Source of the DNA: the human T2T-CHM13v2.0 reference genome, Homo sapiens
Strand: one strand, 5' to 3'
DNA length: 64,000 bases
Assembly (NCBI RefSeq): GCF_009914755.1
Contig: NC_060925.1
Shown here: positions 31,744-46,458 of the stretch, piece after piece
Layout of the letters: each line of letters starts with the position of its first letter
Numbering within the stretch: position 1 is the stretch's first letter
Made by a program: the position numbers and the translations under genes
The notes under the pieces: model-generated
What the model saw: the letters and a program-made list of their open reading frames with translations, nothing else
Told to the model about the DNA's origin: nothing
The model's database searches: none

Positions 31744-34700
31744 TTAAATAAAATCCTGAAGAGGAGTTCAGTGGCCAACCAGCATGTTTTTTTTTAAAGG
31801 TTCACCTAATTAACAATTCAAGAAATGCAAATCCAAGCAATAAAAATATTCAGTTGTTCACCCATCGAATCTAATCAGCAAGGATTAAAAGGAATGCTAA
31901 AACCTATAGCCTGTGAGGTCAGGGGTAAAATACACACCTTTCAACCCTGGAATGACATGTTTAGAAATGTATCCTAAGGAAGTAAGCATGGATATGTACA
32001 AAGATTCCGCTCTAAGTGAGACACTTTTGGTCTCTCCACTATGATTTCCTTCCATGGATATTAAACTAATTTGGCAACAAGCAAGAAAAACAGAAAAATA
32101 CACTTTATGTTTCTGCAAACTGTGTCCTCTTCCCCATCCTGTTTCCAGAACCAGAAAACCAGGGGGTGTGATGATGGAATTACCATGTAGCTACACAGTA
32201 CCACAGCAAAGACGGGTGAGACAGCTGGGGACGGGGAAGAAAGGAGAGCCCTAGTCTGGGACGGGCTTGAGAACAATTTAGGAGGGGGACTCCCTCACAG
32301 GGCTCCTGGTGGGTCTTGGGGTGAAGGTGCAGAAGTGACAGGGTCAGGGTGACTCTGGGATTTGGGCCTGGGAGCTGAAAGAAGGGTTGGGGAGGAATAT
32401 AGGGCCAGGAAGAGGTCTGGAAGAAAGGCAGCATAGATGATGAGCTTGGTGTGGGCCGTGTTGAGTTACCAGTGTCCGAGGGACAACCTGAAGAAGTGTC
32501 AGGAGCCATGGATGGACTAAGGGCTTGGGAGGCAGTGCAAGAACCAGGAAAAGGAGTGCCTGCTTTGGAGTTGGACAAATTGGGCCTGCCCCCACCGCCT
32601 TCTGGCCATGTGACCTTGGGTGCATCACTTAACTGTGCTGCATTCCAGCTTCCTCATCTCCAAAATGATGGTGATGATCATATCTCCCTCAGCGGGTGTT
32701 GTGGAGACTGGAGATAGATGGTGATGGGATCTATTCACAGTTCCCAGCAGGGAGTGTCACATAGCAGGAATTCAGCACACAGTAGCTATAAGTTGTTAAA
32801 ACATTGGTTTAGCTCTTTTTCATGTGGCTCCTGCCTTTCTCTCCTCCCTCTTTTGGGCTGTCCCTCTGCCTGGAATGCCCTTCACTTCGTTTTGGAATTT
32901 GCAAGCTTTTCCTGACTCCCCTCCTCTCTTCCTCCAACCCATTATGTATGATCAGGTAGCACTGAAGTCATGCATGGGATGGGGGTCAGCCTTAGACCAA
33001 GCAGGAAGAGACAAAGGCTGACGCTGGAAACCTGCAGAGTGACTAAGGATGGATGGAGGCGGGTCCAGAAAGAAACCAGGGAGAAGGAGGAAAGCCAGAA
33101 AGGGCGGACCAGGATGCTAGGAAACAAGAGCGATCCAAGGAGGGTACGATCCACAGTGTGAAGCTCATGGAGGAGGACGTCAAGCAAGTCAAGGCCTAAC
33201 CCATGCCCATTAGATCTGGAAATGGAGAGGCTGGAGCCTTGGATTCGAGGGAGTGGTGGAGACAGGAATCAGGGTAGGAAACGGGGAGGCAGAAATGAGG
33301 GGTGACGAGGCAAAGCCAGCAAGTGGAGACAAGCATGAAGGGAAGGAGAGAAATGGGGTGCTCGTCGGGGGCACCAGGGTTGAAGAAAACTTTTTTTTTT
33401 TTCATTTTAAAGGTGGGTGATTCTTGAGAACATCTTCAAAGCCTGTGAGAAGAGCTGAAGCCAGAGCAGAGAGGAAAACAGGTGTGCTGACGGTCCAAGA
33501 AATAGAGCAGTCCTTTTGATGAGGAAGCAGGAAGGTCTTTAGTCATTCCCTTTCACCTTGGCACTCCCCCTGGAATTTTCTTTCACTTCCTGAGAATGCA
33601 TCTAGTCTCAGAAGTTTTTCTTCAGCTTAAGTGTTTTCAGACCAGGCAACCGCATTAGTCCAAGAGTCTCAAGAAGTCCCCCTAGGGAACATGATTGATT
33701 GTGTTTTGTACTAAGCTCAAGTGATACACAAGCCTGTCTCCAAATGGATGACTGTCATAAGGTCCTTATCACCTCCATCCAAGGTCAACAGAGCACATAC
33801 AAAAGTACCTGCCCTGAATCTGGTAGTGGGGTCTGGGGTCGGGGGCTGGGGGTGGGTGGTCAGGTGACAGCAACTTGAACTGACACTAAAATAGGAAAAT
33901 CCACATGCTCCTACTTAAAACAGATTCCAGATGGAGACACCAATGATGGAGTCAGTGGGTATAATTTGAGGTTAATTGTGCTGCAAATAGTCTTTCTTTT
34001 AATGATGAATGAAATGTTGTCTTTTAAAAGCAAGCTTGGTAGATAACTTCTGCATAGATTATCCTGAACTTATGCCACATAAGAAATTGACTTTGTTTAA
34101 TGGCAAAAATAATGGCTGAAACACACAGGTACACAAATTCTCCCTGCTGGCTTCATGTACAAAATCACCGGGGAGAGGCAGGGATCAGTCCTGGTAATTT
34201 TTTCTTAGGGACCCCCTTTTGTTCTCAGCCTGAGATGTCATAGATTTCCTTCAGGTCAGTATCAGGCATCCCAAATCTGTGCCTAGTTCTGTATGCTTAG
34301 ATCCTGCTCCTTCCTGAGCACTCCCTGGTTGAGACCGCTGCACACTAATTTCTCTGCCCACCCACTGTCACTGTCTTTCACTCACCTACTTGGACCAGTC
34401 TGTACCCTGTCTGGAGACTGGTTATAGCTTCACCCTCAGGACTCGTGGCTGCCCACACCAGCTGGTCACAACCTTCAGCCAGGATCATCACTCTGGGGGC
34501 TCCTCTAGCCACTCTGCCCTTCCAGTGCCACAGGGAGCAGGGAGGTGACTGCTGTGCTTGGCAGGCTGATAAACTACTGGCACTTGCCTGCGAGGATAGG
34601 CTCATGCCGAAGCATCTCCTTGACGGTTGCCAAGGGTATGCTCCTGATTGGACACATGGGCTCACTGGCTTTGTGGCTTCCTGGGAACACATCTTTAATA

Positions 34701-35010
34701 GTAGCCTATTTGGCACCATCCTGGGCCCTGCAGGGGGCAGTGGAAGGAGCAAGGGCTGTGGCCAGACCCAACTGGGTGAGGACCTGGATCTGCATCTTCA
34801 TATCTCTGAACCTCACAGGGTGAGAGGATTATGTATGACACAGGCACAACACTTCACATACAATCAACATTCAACAAACGTTGGTCCCTTTCCTCCTGCC
34901 TTCTGCCCCACCACAAAATCCCAACATGATCAGGCTAATTTCCTGGAAGGGGAATGCACCAGGCTGCCCTCTGCTTCTGTCTCCTGGCAAGGAGTAAGTG
35001 AGGCTGTTAC

Positions 35011-35173
35011 CTGCTTGTTTGCTGCTTGAGATTTCTTCATGGGGGGCTCCTCCTTAATGGGTCCCTGCTTTCCTTTTTTGACCCTCCGTTTCAGCTCATC
35101 CTCTTCCTTTTGTCGCTCCAGCTCCTGCTGTAGCTTCTTTTCTTGCATTTCCTTTGCCAGCCTCTCCTGCTCC
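35011..35173 (-). CDS. HYDIN2: Exon ~45 (EQERLAKEMQEKK...AANKQ), 163 nt
   Basis: tgaag|G acceptor, CAG|gtaaca donor; phase 2 to 0. Confidence 0.92.
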
Positions 35174-35599
35174 CTTCATCAAACCAGGCAGAGAAAAAAC
35201 AGTTCAGGGGCCCCCATGCCTCACCCCTCTGCTGCCTGGGATTTCCAGGTGGAGGGACATTGGGCAGAGCTTTCTTGGGCATAAAAAGAAAGAACAAAGT
35301 AAGCTGGATATGTGGAAGGAAAGGAGAAAGGAAGAGAAGGAAAGAAAGAAAAAATGACTACCATCTATGTTTGAATGGTCATTCATCAAGACTCTGATTT
35401 ATTGAAACTCAACTAGGAGGAATTCTCCATTAATCTGTATTTTGAGTCCAATCTCCTCTCATGGGAGAGTGAGAAAAAGGCTGAAAATAAGCTTGATATT
35501 AGCACTTAAAAAAAGCAACTTTCAAAGATTGTTCTGGTATTAGTGCAGATGAGGCCCGCCTCCCATAGCTGAGCATGTTTGCTGTTCAGAAAATAAGAA

Positions 35600-35891
35600 T
35601 TTTTTTTTTTTTTTTGACAGAGTCTCGCTCTGTCACCCAGGCTGGAGTGCAGTGGTGTGATCAGCTCACTGCAACCTCCACCTCCCGGGTTCAAGCAGTT
35701 CTCCTGCCTAAGCCTCCTGAGTAGCTAGGATTACAGGTGTGCACCAACATGCCCGGCTAACTTGTATTTTTAGTAGAGACGGGGTTTCGCCATGTTGGCC
35801 AGGCTGGTCTCGAACTCATGACCTCAGGTGATCCTCCTACCTTGACCTCCCAAAGTGCTAGTATTACAGGCATGAGCCACTGCGCCCAGCC
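35600..35891 (-). mobile_element. AluSx-like
   Basis: Alu dimer. Confidence 0.94.
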
Positions 35892-36183
35892 AGAAACGGT
35901 ATTTTCAAAGCAGTTTCTATGGTGGCTAGCTCAGAGCCATGGTGCTCAGTCTGAAAGCCGTGTTCCCCTCCTCCACCCTCTCTTTCCCTTTCCGCTGTCA
36001 TTCAACTGCTCCTGCCCCTGCTGCTGACAGCAGAGAGTGGACCAAAGCCAAGCACCAAGCACAAACAAGTGAGGGAATGGTACTTCTGAAAATAGTTAAC
36101 CCAGCTATTTTCATCCAGGAATTCCTAATTGTTTCCGGTTGCCATGGCTCTCTGCCCACTGAAGCAAACTCATTTACTTCATG

Positions 36184-36227
36184 GTGTGTGTGTGTGCGTG
36201 TGTGTGTGTGTGTGCGTGTGTGGTGTG
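36184..36227. repeat. Interrupted (TG)n microsatellite
   Basis: Direct reading. Confidence 0.92.
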
Positions 36228-36420
36228 ACACAAACAAGTTGTTGCTGCACTTTGAGAATCAAATTTGCATTTTCCAAGTCCACCATGAGATGAATGCCTG
36301 AAAGCAACAGCCCTGGTGAAAAACGAGTTTCCTCTAAAATCTCAAAGCAAGGCTTTCTGTAACTCTGGAGGACTGGGCATTTCTATAGTGGACCATGCCA
36401 CAGAAAGATCAGGGCACACC

Positions 36421-36753
36421 CAGCTGGGCGCTGTGGCTCACGCCTGTAATCTCAGCACACTGGGAGGCTGAGGCAGGCAGATCACTTGATCCCAGGAGTT
36501 CAGTTCGAGATCAGCCTGGCCAACATGATGAAAACCCGTCTCTACTAAAAATACAAAAAAATTGGCCGGGCATGGTGGTACATGCCTGTAATCCTAGCTA
36601 CTTGGGAGAGTGAGGCAGGAGAATTGCTTGAACCCAGGAGGTGGAGGTTGCAGTGAACTGAGATTGTGCCACTCAAGGCGTGATGGAGGAACTCCAGCCT
36701 GGATGACAGAGCAAGAGTCTGTCTCAAAAAAAAAAAAAAAAAAAAAAAAAAAA
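36421..36753 (+). mobile_element. AluS with small internal insertions
   Basis: Alu dimer with a long A tail. Confidence 0.93.
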
Positions 36754-37677
36754 GATTAGGACATACTGTAGCAGCAGGGAGGGCAAAAGCTGTTTCAGGT
36801 CAGTGGGAGAAGTGTGGAGCTGGAGGAGAGAACAGGGTAAATAGTAGGTGAGTATCTAGGCTCTGTACCTCCAGCGCCTGAAATCCCAGGGAGGAGGTAG
36901 GAAATAGAACCACTGCCCCCCACCCCATCCCTGCAATCTTTGAAGATCTGAGGGCAGAAAGGACACATGTCCCACTGTTCCCATCCCTCTGAGATAGCCC
37001 GAGGTGGCAGTCCTAAGTATCCTGGGCACTAGGAGGCATTGGGGGATCGAGTAGTTTCTGTGTGGTTCCCAGTGAGGGGCAGAGAAAGTGGCTGAGGGTG
37101 CTGGCTTGTGAGTCTGCCCACAGTCCCAGGATTGAGGATCTGCCCAGGCTGAGGATCCCATGGCAGCTAGACCTCAGGGGATGGGCAGCACCACCCAAGG
37201 CCAAGAAGGGGACCCAGGCAGGGGGAGGAAGGGCTGAGATTTGGGGAGCAGTCACTATGCCCAGGTCAATAGAGTGGACCCTGTATCACCAGCTGTGGAC
37301 ATTGAAGCACCGAGGCAGTGAGCACAGAGGCTGATAAGCCACACGCGGGGGTGCTGGTCGGGGGGGCCAGCAGGGGCCCCAGGGCAGCACAGAGGCCAGT
37401 GGCCCCTCTCCCAGGGCCACCCATGACATTACAGCCTGGTCCCAAATGCCCGCCAGTGAGAAATAAGGAGAGTGGGAGAAACCCTGAATGGTGCAGCAGC
37501 CAGCACCCTCGATGGGCGGGATGCATCTTTCTGCTCCTTGCAGGTCACCTTCCAGGGCCTTCTGCAGCTCCTGCTGCCTGCCTGGAAGATGGCTTGGGCT
37601 CACACCCCGGTCCTGGTCACTCTGTGGGGACGGTCCCGGGGGAATGGCTTCTGCTCTGGCCAGCCCTTGGCCCTGAC

Positions 37678-37819
37678 CTCTTCTTCCGCTCGCGGAGCGC
37701 CTGCTGAATCCCCCGATCGAATGTGAGTTTCTCCTCCTCAGTCAGGGCATCATATTCTTCCTCATCCATGTTTTGGAGACCCTCCTTCTCTTTCTCAAGA
37801 GCTCCCTTGTGCTTGCGTT
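37678..37819 (-). CDS. HYDIN2: Exon ~44 (RKHKGALEKEKEGLQNMDEEEYDAL...RERKK), 142 nt
   Basis: cacag|AA acceptor, AG|gtcagg donor; hand-translated, no stop; phase 1 to 2. Confidence 0.92.
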
Positions 37820-38335
37820 CTGTGAGGGGAACAGAGACGGGAAGGTGAGGAAAAGTCCTTCCCAGTCTCGCTAGCAGCCTAAGCAGGCGGAGTAGGGTCT
37901 TAGTGTGGGGCAGCTGGTGCGGCGCCTGGTCTGCCTCATCCCTGGTTGCAGGGGTGGGGGGGTCCCTTCATCCATGCACTTCCACATTTGGGCTCTGTCT
38001 GCAGGTGGCTGAACAGTGGCCCCCAAAGATGCCCATATCAGATTACTCAGAACCTGTGACCGTGTTGTCTTCCATAGCAGAGGGACTCTGCAGATGTGAT
38101 TAAATTTAAGGATCTTGAGGTGGGCAGATTATTTTGGGGGGCCCAGTCTAATTATAAGGGTCCTTTCGAGGGATGCAGGAGAGTCAGTCAGAGATAGTGA
38201 TGATGTGATAGTAGGAGCAGGGGTCAGAGGGCTGCAAGGAAGGGGCCAGGAGCCAAGGAGTGCAGAAGGCCTCTAGAAGCCAGAAAAGACAAGAAAAAGG
38301 GGCTACCTAACAGCCAAAAAAGGAACGTGGCCCTG

Positions 38336-38720
38336 CTGAGAAAAGTCCGGAGCAATGACCAGGCATCCCTCAGCAGTCATCAAGCCTCCAGCTGCCTCGT
38401 TTTCCAGAAAGTTCATTTCTCCATAATGATCCACTTGAAAATAATTACCACTTCTCATTTTCCCCGTTATCTTTGGAATGAAATTTCTCCTGGTTAAATT
38501 GTGGGCTCTTCTCCCCTAAATCATCTGCATTTGAAATGTCCTAAGGTAGCATACTGTCATACTACTATTACATTAAAATCTCATGTTTGTTAACATGTAT
38601 GAACATGCCAGGCACTGGGGAAGGCACTTTACATGATTGCTTATTTAATCTCCACAACAGCCCTAGGAGGGAGGAGTTATCATTCTTATCTGTGATTATC
38701 CCTTAATAAGTGGCAGGGAA
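38336..38720. repeat. Inverted-repeat arm 1 (copy of 39400-39775)
   Basis: The reverse complement of 39400-39775 aligns by eye along the whole length. Confidence 0.93.
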
Positions 38721-38795
38721 AGATGTTAGGACTTCTGACCCCGGAAGTGTAAGACAATACATTTCTATGTTGTGTTAAGTAACCAAGTTTGTGGT

Positions 38796-39127
38796 TGCTA
38801 TGGTGTAAATGTTTGTGCCCCCTCGAAATTCCTATGTTGAAACTGAATTCCCCAAGGGGATGGTATTAAGAAGGGCCTTAGGGAGGTGACTAGGTCACAA
38901 GGATAGAGTCCTCATGGCTGGGATTAGTGTCCTTATAAGAGGCCTGAGGGAGCTTGTTTCAGGACTTAGTGAGAAGATGCTTTCTGTGACCAGAAGGTGA
39001 CACTGTTTCTGTTGGCACCTTGATCTTGGACTTGCCAGCCTCCAGAACTGTGAGAAATAAATGTCTGTTGCTGATAAGCGACCCAATCTATGGAATTTTG
39101 TTATGGCAGTCTGAAAAGACTAAGACA
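38796..39127 (+). mobile_element. MST-family MaLR solo LTR
   Basis: tgctatgg...gactaagaca ends; 5-bp TSD gtggt. Confidence 0.88.
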
Positions 39128-39399
39128 GTGGTCATTTGTCACAGCAATGATAGAAGACTCATATACCACCCACTGACTTGACTCATTATGAGCATATGCC
39201 ACTAACGGGTTCATGGTGACAGGGCCATTTGCACACCAAGGGAAATTCCCTGCCCTGCCCTACGGATTCCAGGTCTAGGCATGTGATTCACACTTAGGAC
39301 AAAGGCACCAGCTCCTTCCTCACACCTCCCTAGCACAGCATTCTCACCGTCATCCTCGCAAGTTTGAGCTGTGGACTCAGACACCTGCATTTGAGCTCC

Positions 39400-39775
39400 T
39401 TCCCGGCCACTTATCAAGAGATAATCACAGATAAGAATAAAAACATACGGCCGTTGTAGAGATTAAATAAGCGATCATGTAAAGTGCTTTCCCCAGTGCC
39501 TGGCATGTTCATAGATGTTCGACAAACATGAGATTTTAGTGTAATAATAGTTTGACCGTATACCATCTTAGGACATTTCAATTTAGATGATTTAGGGGAG
39601 AGGAGCCCACAGTTTAACTGGGAGAAATTTCATTCTGAAGATAAGTGGGAAAAGGAGAAGTGGTAATTATTTTCAAGTGGATCAGTATGGAGAAATGAGC
39701 TTTCTGGAAAACTAGGCAGCTGGAGGCTGGATGACTGCTGAGGGATGCCTGGTCACTGCTCCAGATTTTTCTCAG
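39400..39775. repeat. Inverted-repeat arm 2 (probable donor; includes part of a MIR)
   Basis: Pairs with 38336-38720. Confidence 0.93.
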
Positions 39776-40699
39776 GATGAGACTATAAAGAAGCTGACTT
39801 TGAGTTCTGTTCAAGGACTTCGACAGCCCAGTGTTTGTAAGTATTTCCTTAATTGGAAAAGCATTATGATTTGAGTAGATAGTGTTAGAAGGGAGCGGTA
39901 AGCCGGAGTGAGGAAGGGCAGTCGTGTGGCTGGAGCCGAAGCTCCTGGGAGGTGGGGCTCTGACTCCCGTGGACAGCGCCACCAGCCTCTGTCCTTCAAC
40001 CCCTGCCCTGGGGGGCCAAGATTTGCTGGGGCTGCTTCTGACTACATTGGGAACTTAAGCTAACATTACTTGTGTGTGTGTGTACCTATCTTTCAATCAA
40101 ACCTTTCAGTTATTAAAATTTTTCTCAGGCCATTGGCATAAGGATAGGAAAAGCAAAGGGTTTAGAATTACATGCACCCGGTTCTCCTACTAATTGGCAA
40201 TGTGATTTGGCACAAGACTTTTGCTATCTCTGAGCTACATTCTCCTTTAGTGTAAAATGGGGACAAGATTCACAGGGTAATTGTGAGGATTAAATGTCCC
40301 AAAGTATACAAAATATCTGCTACGGTGCCTGGTGTGCAGCAGGCTAAGGTGTAAATGTTTTGGAAAATGTATTAGCACCGTGAGTTTTATGAGAAATGCA
40401 CAGTTGGCTTAAACAAAACCAACAAGGAAATCAGTTGCCTGAGTCAGGATGGGACCCAAAATGGCTGTAATTGCAGAAAGGATGGAGGGGTACAGTGTGA
40501 TGGGAGGGAAGCAGGAATGCACCTGCTGTCAGCAAAGCGTTCATCATAGAACTTCCCAGCCAGCCACTCGCGTCCCAGTTCCCTCCTAGCAAAGCAGAAA
40601 TACAACTCCTGGCCACCTTACAGGGCAGAGGTGAGGCGCCAACGGAATAGCAAATGTCAAAGTTTCACTTAAGCCCAATGGAAAGGTAGGAGGCCTTGC

Positions 40700-40883
40700 C
40701 TTCTTGCTCCTTTTTGGCTTTCTCCTGGGCCTTCATGGCTGCGTAATCCTGGGCCATGTTGAGAATGTATATATGCTCCCGGCTGCCAATGGCCTTCAGC
40801 AGGCAGAGGAGGGCGGCTGCAGCATTCCGAGCAAAGAGAGTGTCGAGGCCATCAAACACCACTCCTCGGTAGCAGTCACTCAG
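40700..40883 (-). CDS. HYDIN2: Exon ~43 (LSDCYRGVVFDG...KKEQE), 184 nt, GC donor
   Basis: tttcag|CTG acceptor, AAG|gcaagg donor; phase 0 to 1. Confidence 0.9.
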
Positions 40884-41065
40884 CTGAAACCAGAGAGAGC
40901 AAAGACAGTTACTATGGCCACAACCTCATTTGTTCTGTTTATGCTTTTACTGGGGCTGCAAAGGGTTCTGCAGACCTACTGGGCCCCAGTGCAAACACCA
41001 TGCCTTTCTGCTTGCTAAATCCAAGGTGCTGTCATAAAATAAAAGAAAAGAATAAAAATGTTTAA

Positions 41066-41428
<363 letters not shown>

Positions 41429-42874
41429 TAGAAATAAATGAACAAACAAAAATGTTAAAGGGCCGATCTGGGAAGATCCATGAGGTACACAAAAATGAGA
41501 TGGAAAGGGAAAGATGCTCCCAAGCACAGAGTCACAAGCAGCAGGGGGAGCAGCTGGGCCTTTCGTATTTTTCTTATTAGTCTTACTGCCTTGGAGCGTA
41601 ATGATTTTGGTAACAGTAACCATTGAAGAACAGCCTCTGCCTTACTCAGTGTTACTCAAAGTGTAGCCCATAGACTGGCCACCAGTGAATGAGCGTTAGG
41701 TTTTTGATGAGACAAGAAGCTTGTGTCAGAATGTAAATGACCTGTATCACTAAACACACTATTTGGTTCAGCTGGCAACTGAACAGGTACCGTGGCCACA
41801 TCATTCCTTCTCTGCAGCTAAACTTTGTAGCAAGACTTTGTTGATGAAAGAAGCCCTGTAAGCTCCACGTGTCATCAGAGACCAGCATTTTGAGTAGCAC
41901 AGCTCCACTGGCTTACTTCGGGGCCTTACCAGTGTTTCTCAGCCTTTACTCTGGGTATCTAAAACATTGGCACACTTATGGGAACACCTTGTTCAAATCA
42001 GTTGAAAGTGATGTACCTTTAATGTAGTAGCAGTGCAAATCTTAACATAAAAACTTTCTTGTGATGATATTCCTCCTCTTCTGGGAACGTCAAGTTAATT
42101 TTGTTGTATTTAAATCTGCAATTAATATTGTGGCCCTAGTTGAAAACACAAAGCAAACACCCAGCTCCAGGACCTGGTAAGCAATGTAGCTGTGTCTGCA
42201 AACCATGAGCAGAAACAGGCTTAAGTGATACCCTCCTCAATCCTGCTGATCTTATTTTCTTGTCTTTAACTGTAGAATTCTTATGGAAAAAAAATTAAAA
42301 ATTAGAAAGAGCGTTACTGTTTTTCTGACTTTAAAAGCAATATGTCATTGTAAAATAATTCAGAAATGTATAAAGAAGACTAAAATTCTATAATCCTGCT
42401 ACCCAAAGATAACAATGGTTAACATGTATTTTAAAAGTTTTTACTACGTGTGTAGTATACATTTCTAAATATTTATATAGAATGTTATTATGTTTTAACC
42501 AGTATTTCCTAGTTACTTCTTTTTCACTTAATAACATTGAAAATGTGTTTTTGAAGCAATTAACATAGCTCCAAATTCTAACTTTTAGAATGGCTCCACA
42601 TTGTAATTTTTAACACATCACTCTCTTTCTGGTCATTAAAAAAACTTTTGTGTAGTCTTCTGCTCTCTGGTCCTTTAAGAAGGTGAATGGCTTCAGGCTG
42701 TAGACTGGGCCAGCGTCGGGGGTTGACAAGAGCTGTCAAAAAGACAAGCAAATGACTGCCCTCCGGGCTGCCGAGCTGCCGTGGGTGGCTGATGGCCCAG
42801 AACCTCCGTCCAGGGTGTGGGGATGGTGCGTGAATGCCAAGCCCTGCAGCTCTGCGCAGGTGGCATGGACCCAC

Positions 42875-42959
42875 CTGTATCCGCTCTGCCAGGATCTGCA
42901 CGAGAAGTTCATCCGGGAGCACACAGCTCATCAGCCCGGTCTCGCCTCCGACACTGGGA
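42875..42959 (-). pseudogene. HYDIN2: 3' remnant of exon ~42 (PSVGGETGLMSCVLPDELLVQILAERIQ); 5' part and acceptor deleted
   Basis: Donor CAG|gtgggt intact. HYDIN homology stops abruptly at ~42959, and the recalled ISSSPLPPGPIHRWLSVS segment is absent. Confidence 0.9.
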
Positions 42960-43830
42960 TGTGGGGTCACGGGAAAGCATTTTTAATGATGCGAATAATA
43001 ATACAGCATGCATAGATGCTGACAGAAGTAGAGTAGGGGGAAAGTGGGAGAGAGGGGACAACTGCAGGAATTTAGCCATTGGATAAGAGAAGGGGTGGGG
43101 CTGGGTGCCCATGTGCAGGGATCAGCCCTGGGTGAAGGCAGGGCAGACACTCAGCTGTCGAGAAGGCACAGCCCTGTGTGTGGATGGAGGCTGCTGGAAG
43201 ACTTGGTGGCCGGAAGATGAGGTCATTGTCTTCTGATTGCTGCAGCTTTCTTGGTGAAATCAGAATAGAGATCATCGGCTGAGAATGAGGAAGAGGAAAA
43301 TATTTTGGAGGCTAGGAGAGTGATGAGAGCAATAAAGCAGTCATCTTGAATAGATGCAGAGCTGAGCCAGACCAAAGGGCCCATTGGAGACCTGTGGTCT
43401 TAAATTTAAATTAAGATCCTTCAGGAGAGGTGAGAGTCTTCCCCAGCTATGCTCAGCTGGTCTGCATGGAGTAGGTGGAGGATTAGGTTTGCCAGGGTTG
43501 AAGCTTTGCTTGAGAGTGTGGTGAAGGGCAAGTTGCAAGGGGGTGCTATGGTGGCAGACCATGGCATCCAGACTGGATAGGGAGGGCACGAGGTGGGTGC
43601 TAGGTAGTGAGGATGAGGACTGGAGGTTTCGATGGGGCCAGGTGCTTACCAGAGTTAGTCATCTGTAAAGTGAGAAGATGGCTGTGGGAAAGCAGGATTG
43701 TGATAGAGAGATCTTGGAGTTTATGGGTAGTGGTGAACAATGTCTAGGATGTGGTCAGGGAGGTAAGTAGCTGAGGAGGCCATGAAATTGAGAAGCAAGA
43801 GTGTTGGATTAAATATCACTCAAAAGATCA

Positions 43831-46458
<2,628 letters not shown>

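Larger units (their letters stand above)
38000..39166 (+). mobile_element. MLT1 (MLT1D-like) MaLR LTR in three pieces (38000-38335, ~38725-38795, 39128-39166)
   Basis: MLT1 motifs (gactctgcagatgtgattaa, cctctagaagc, gacttctgacc) interrupted by two insertions. Confidence 0.8.

Noticed and set aside
34002-34067. C-box (ATGATGA) and D-box (CTGA) pair resembling a C/D snoRNA
   Set aside because: Antisense to the host gene, no terminal stem, and the motifs are short enough to occur by chance.
34445-35029. 194-aa plus-strand ORF next to exon 45
   Set aside because: Non-ATG start, no recognisable homology or splice context; probably a chance ORF.
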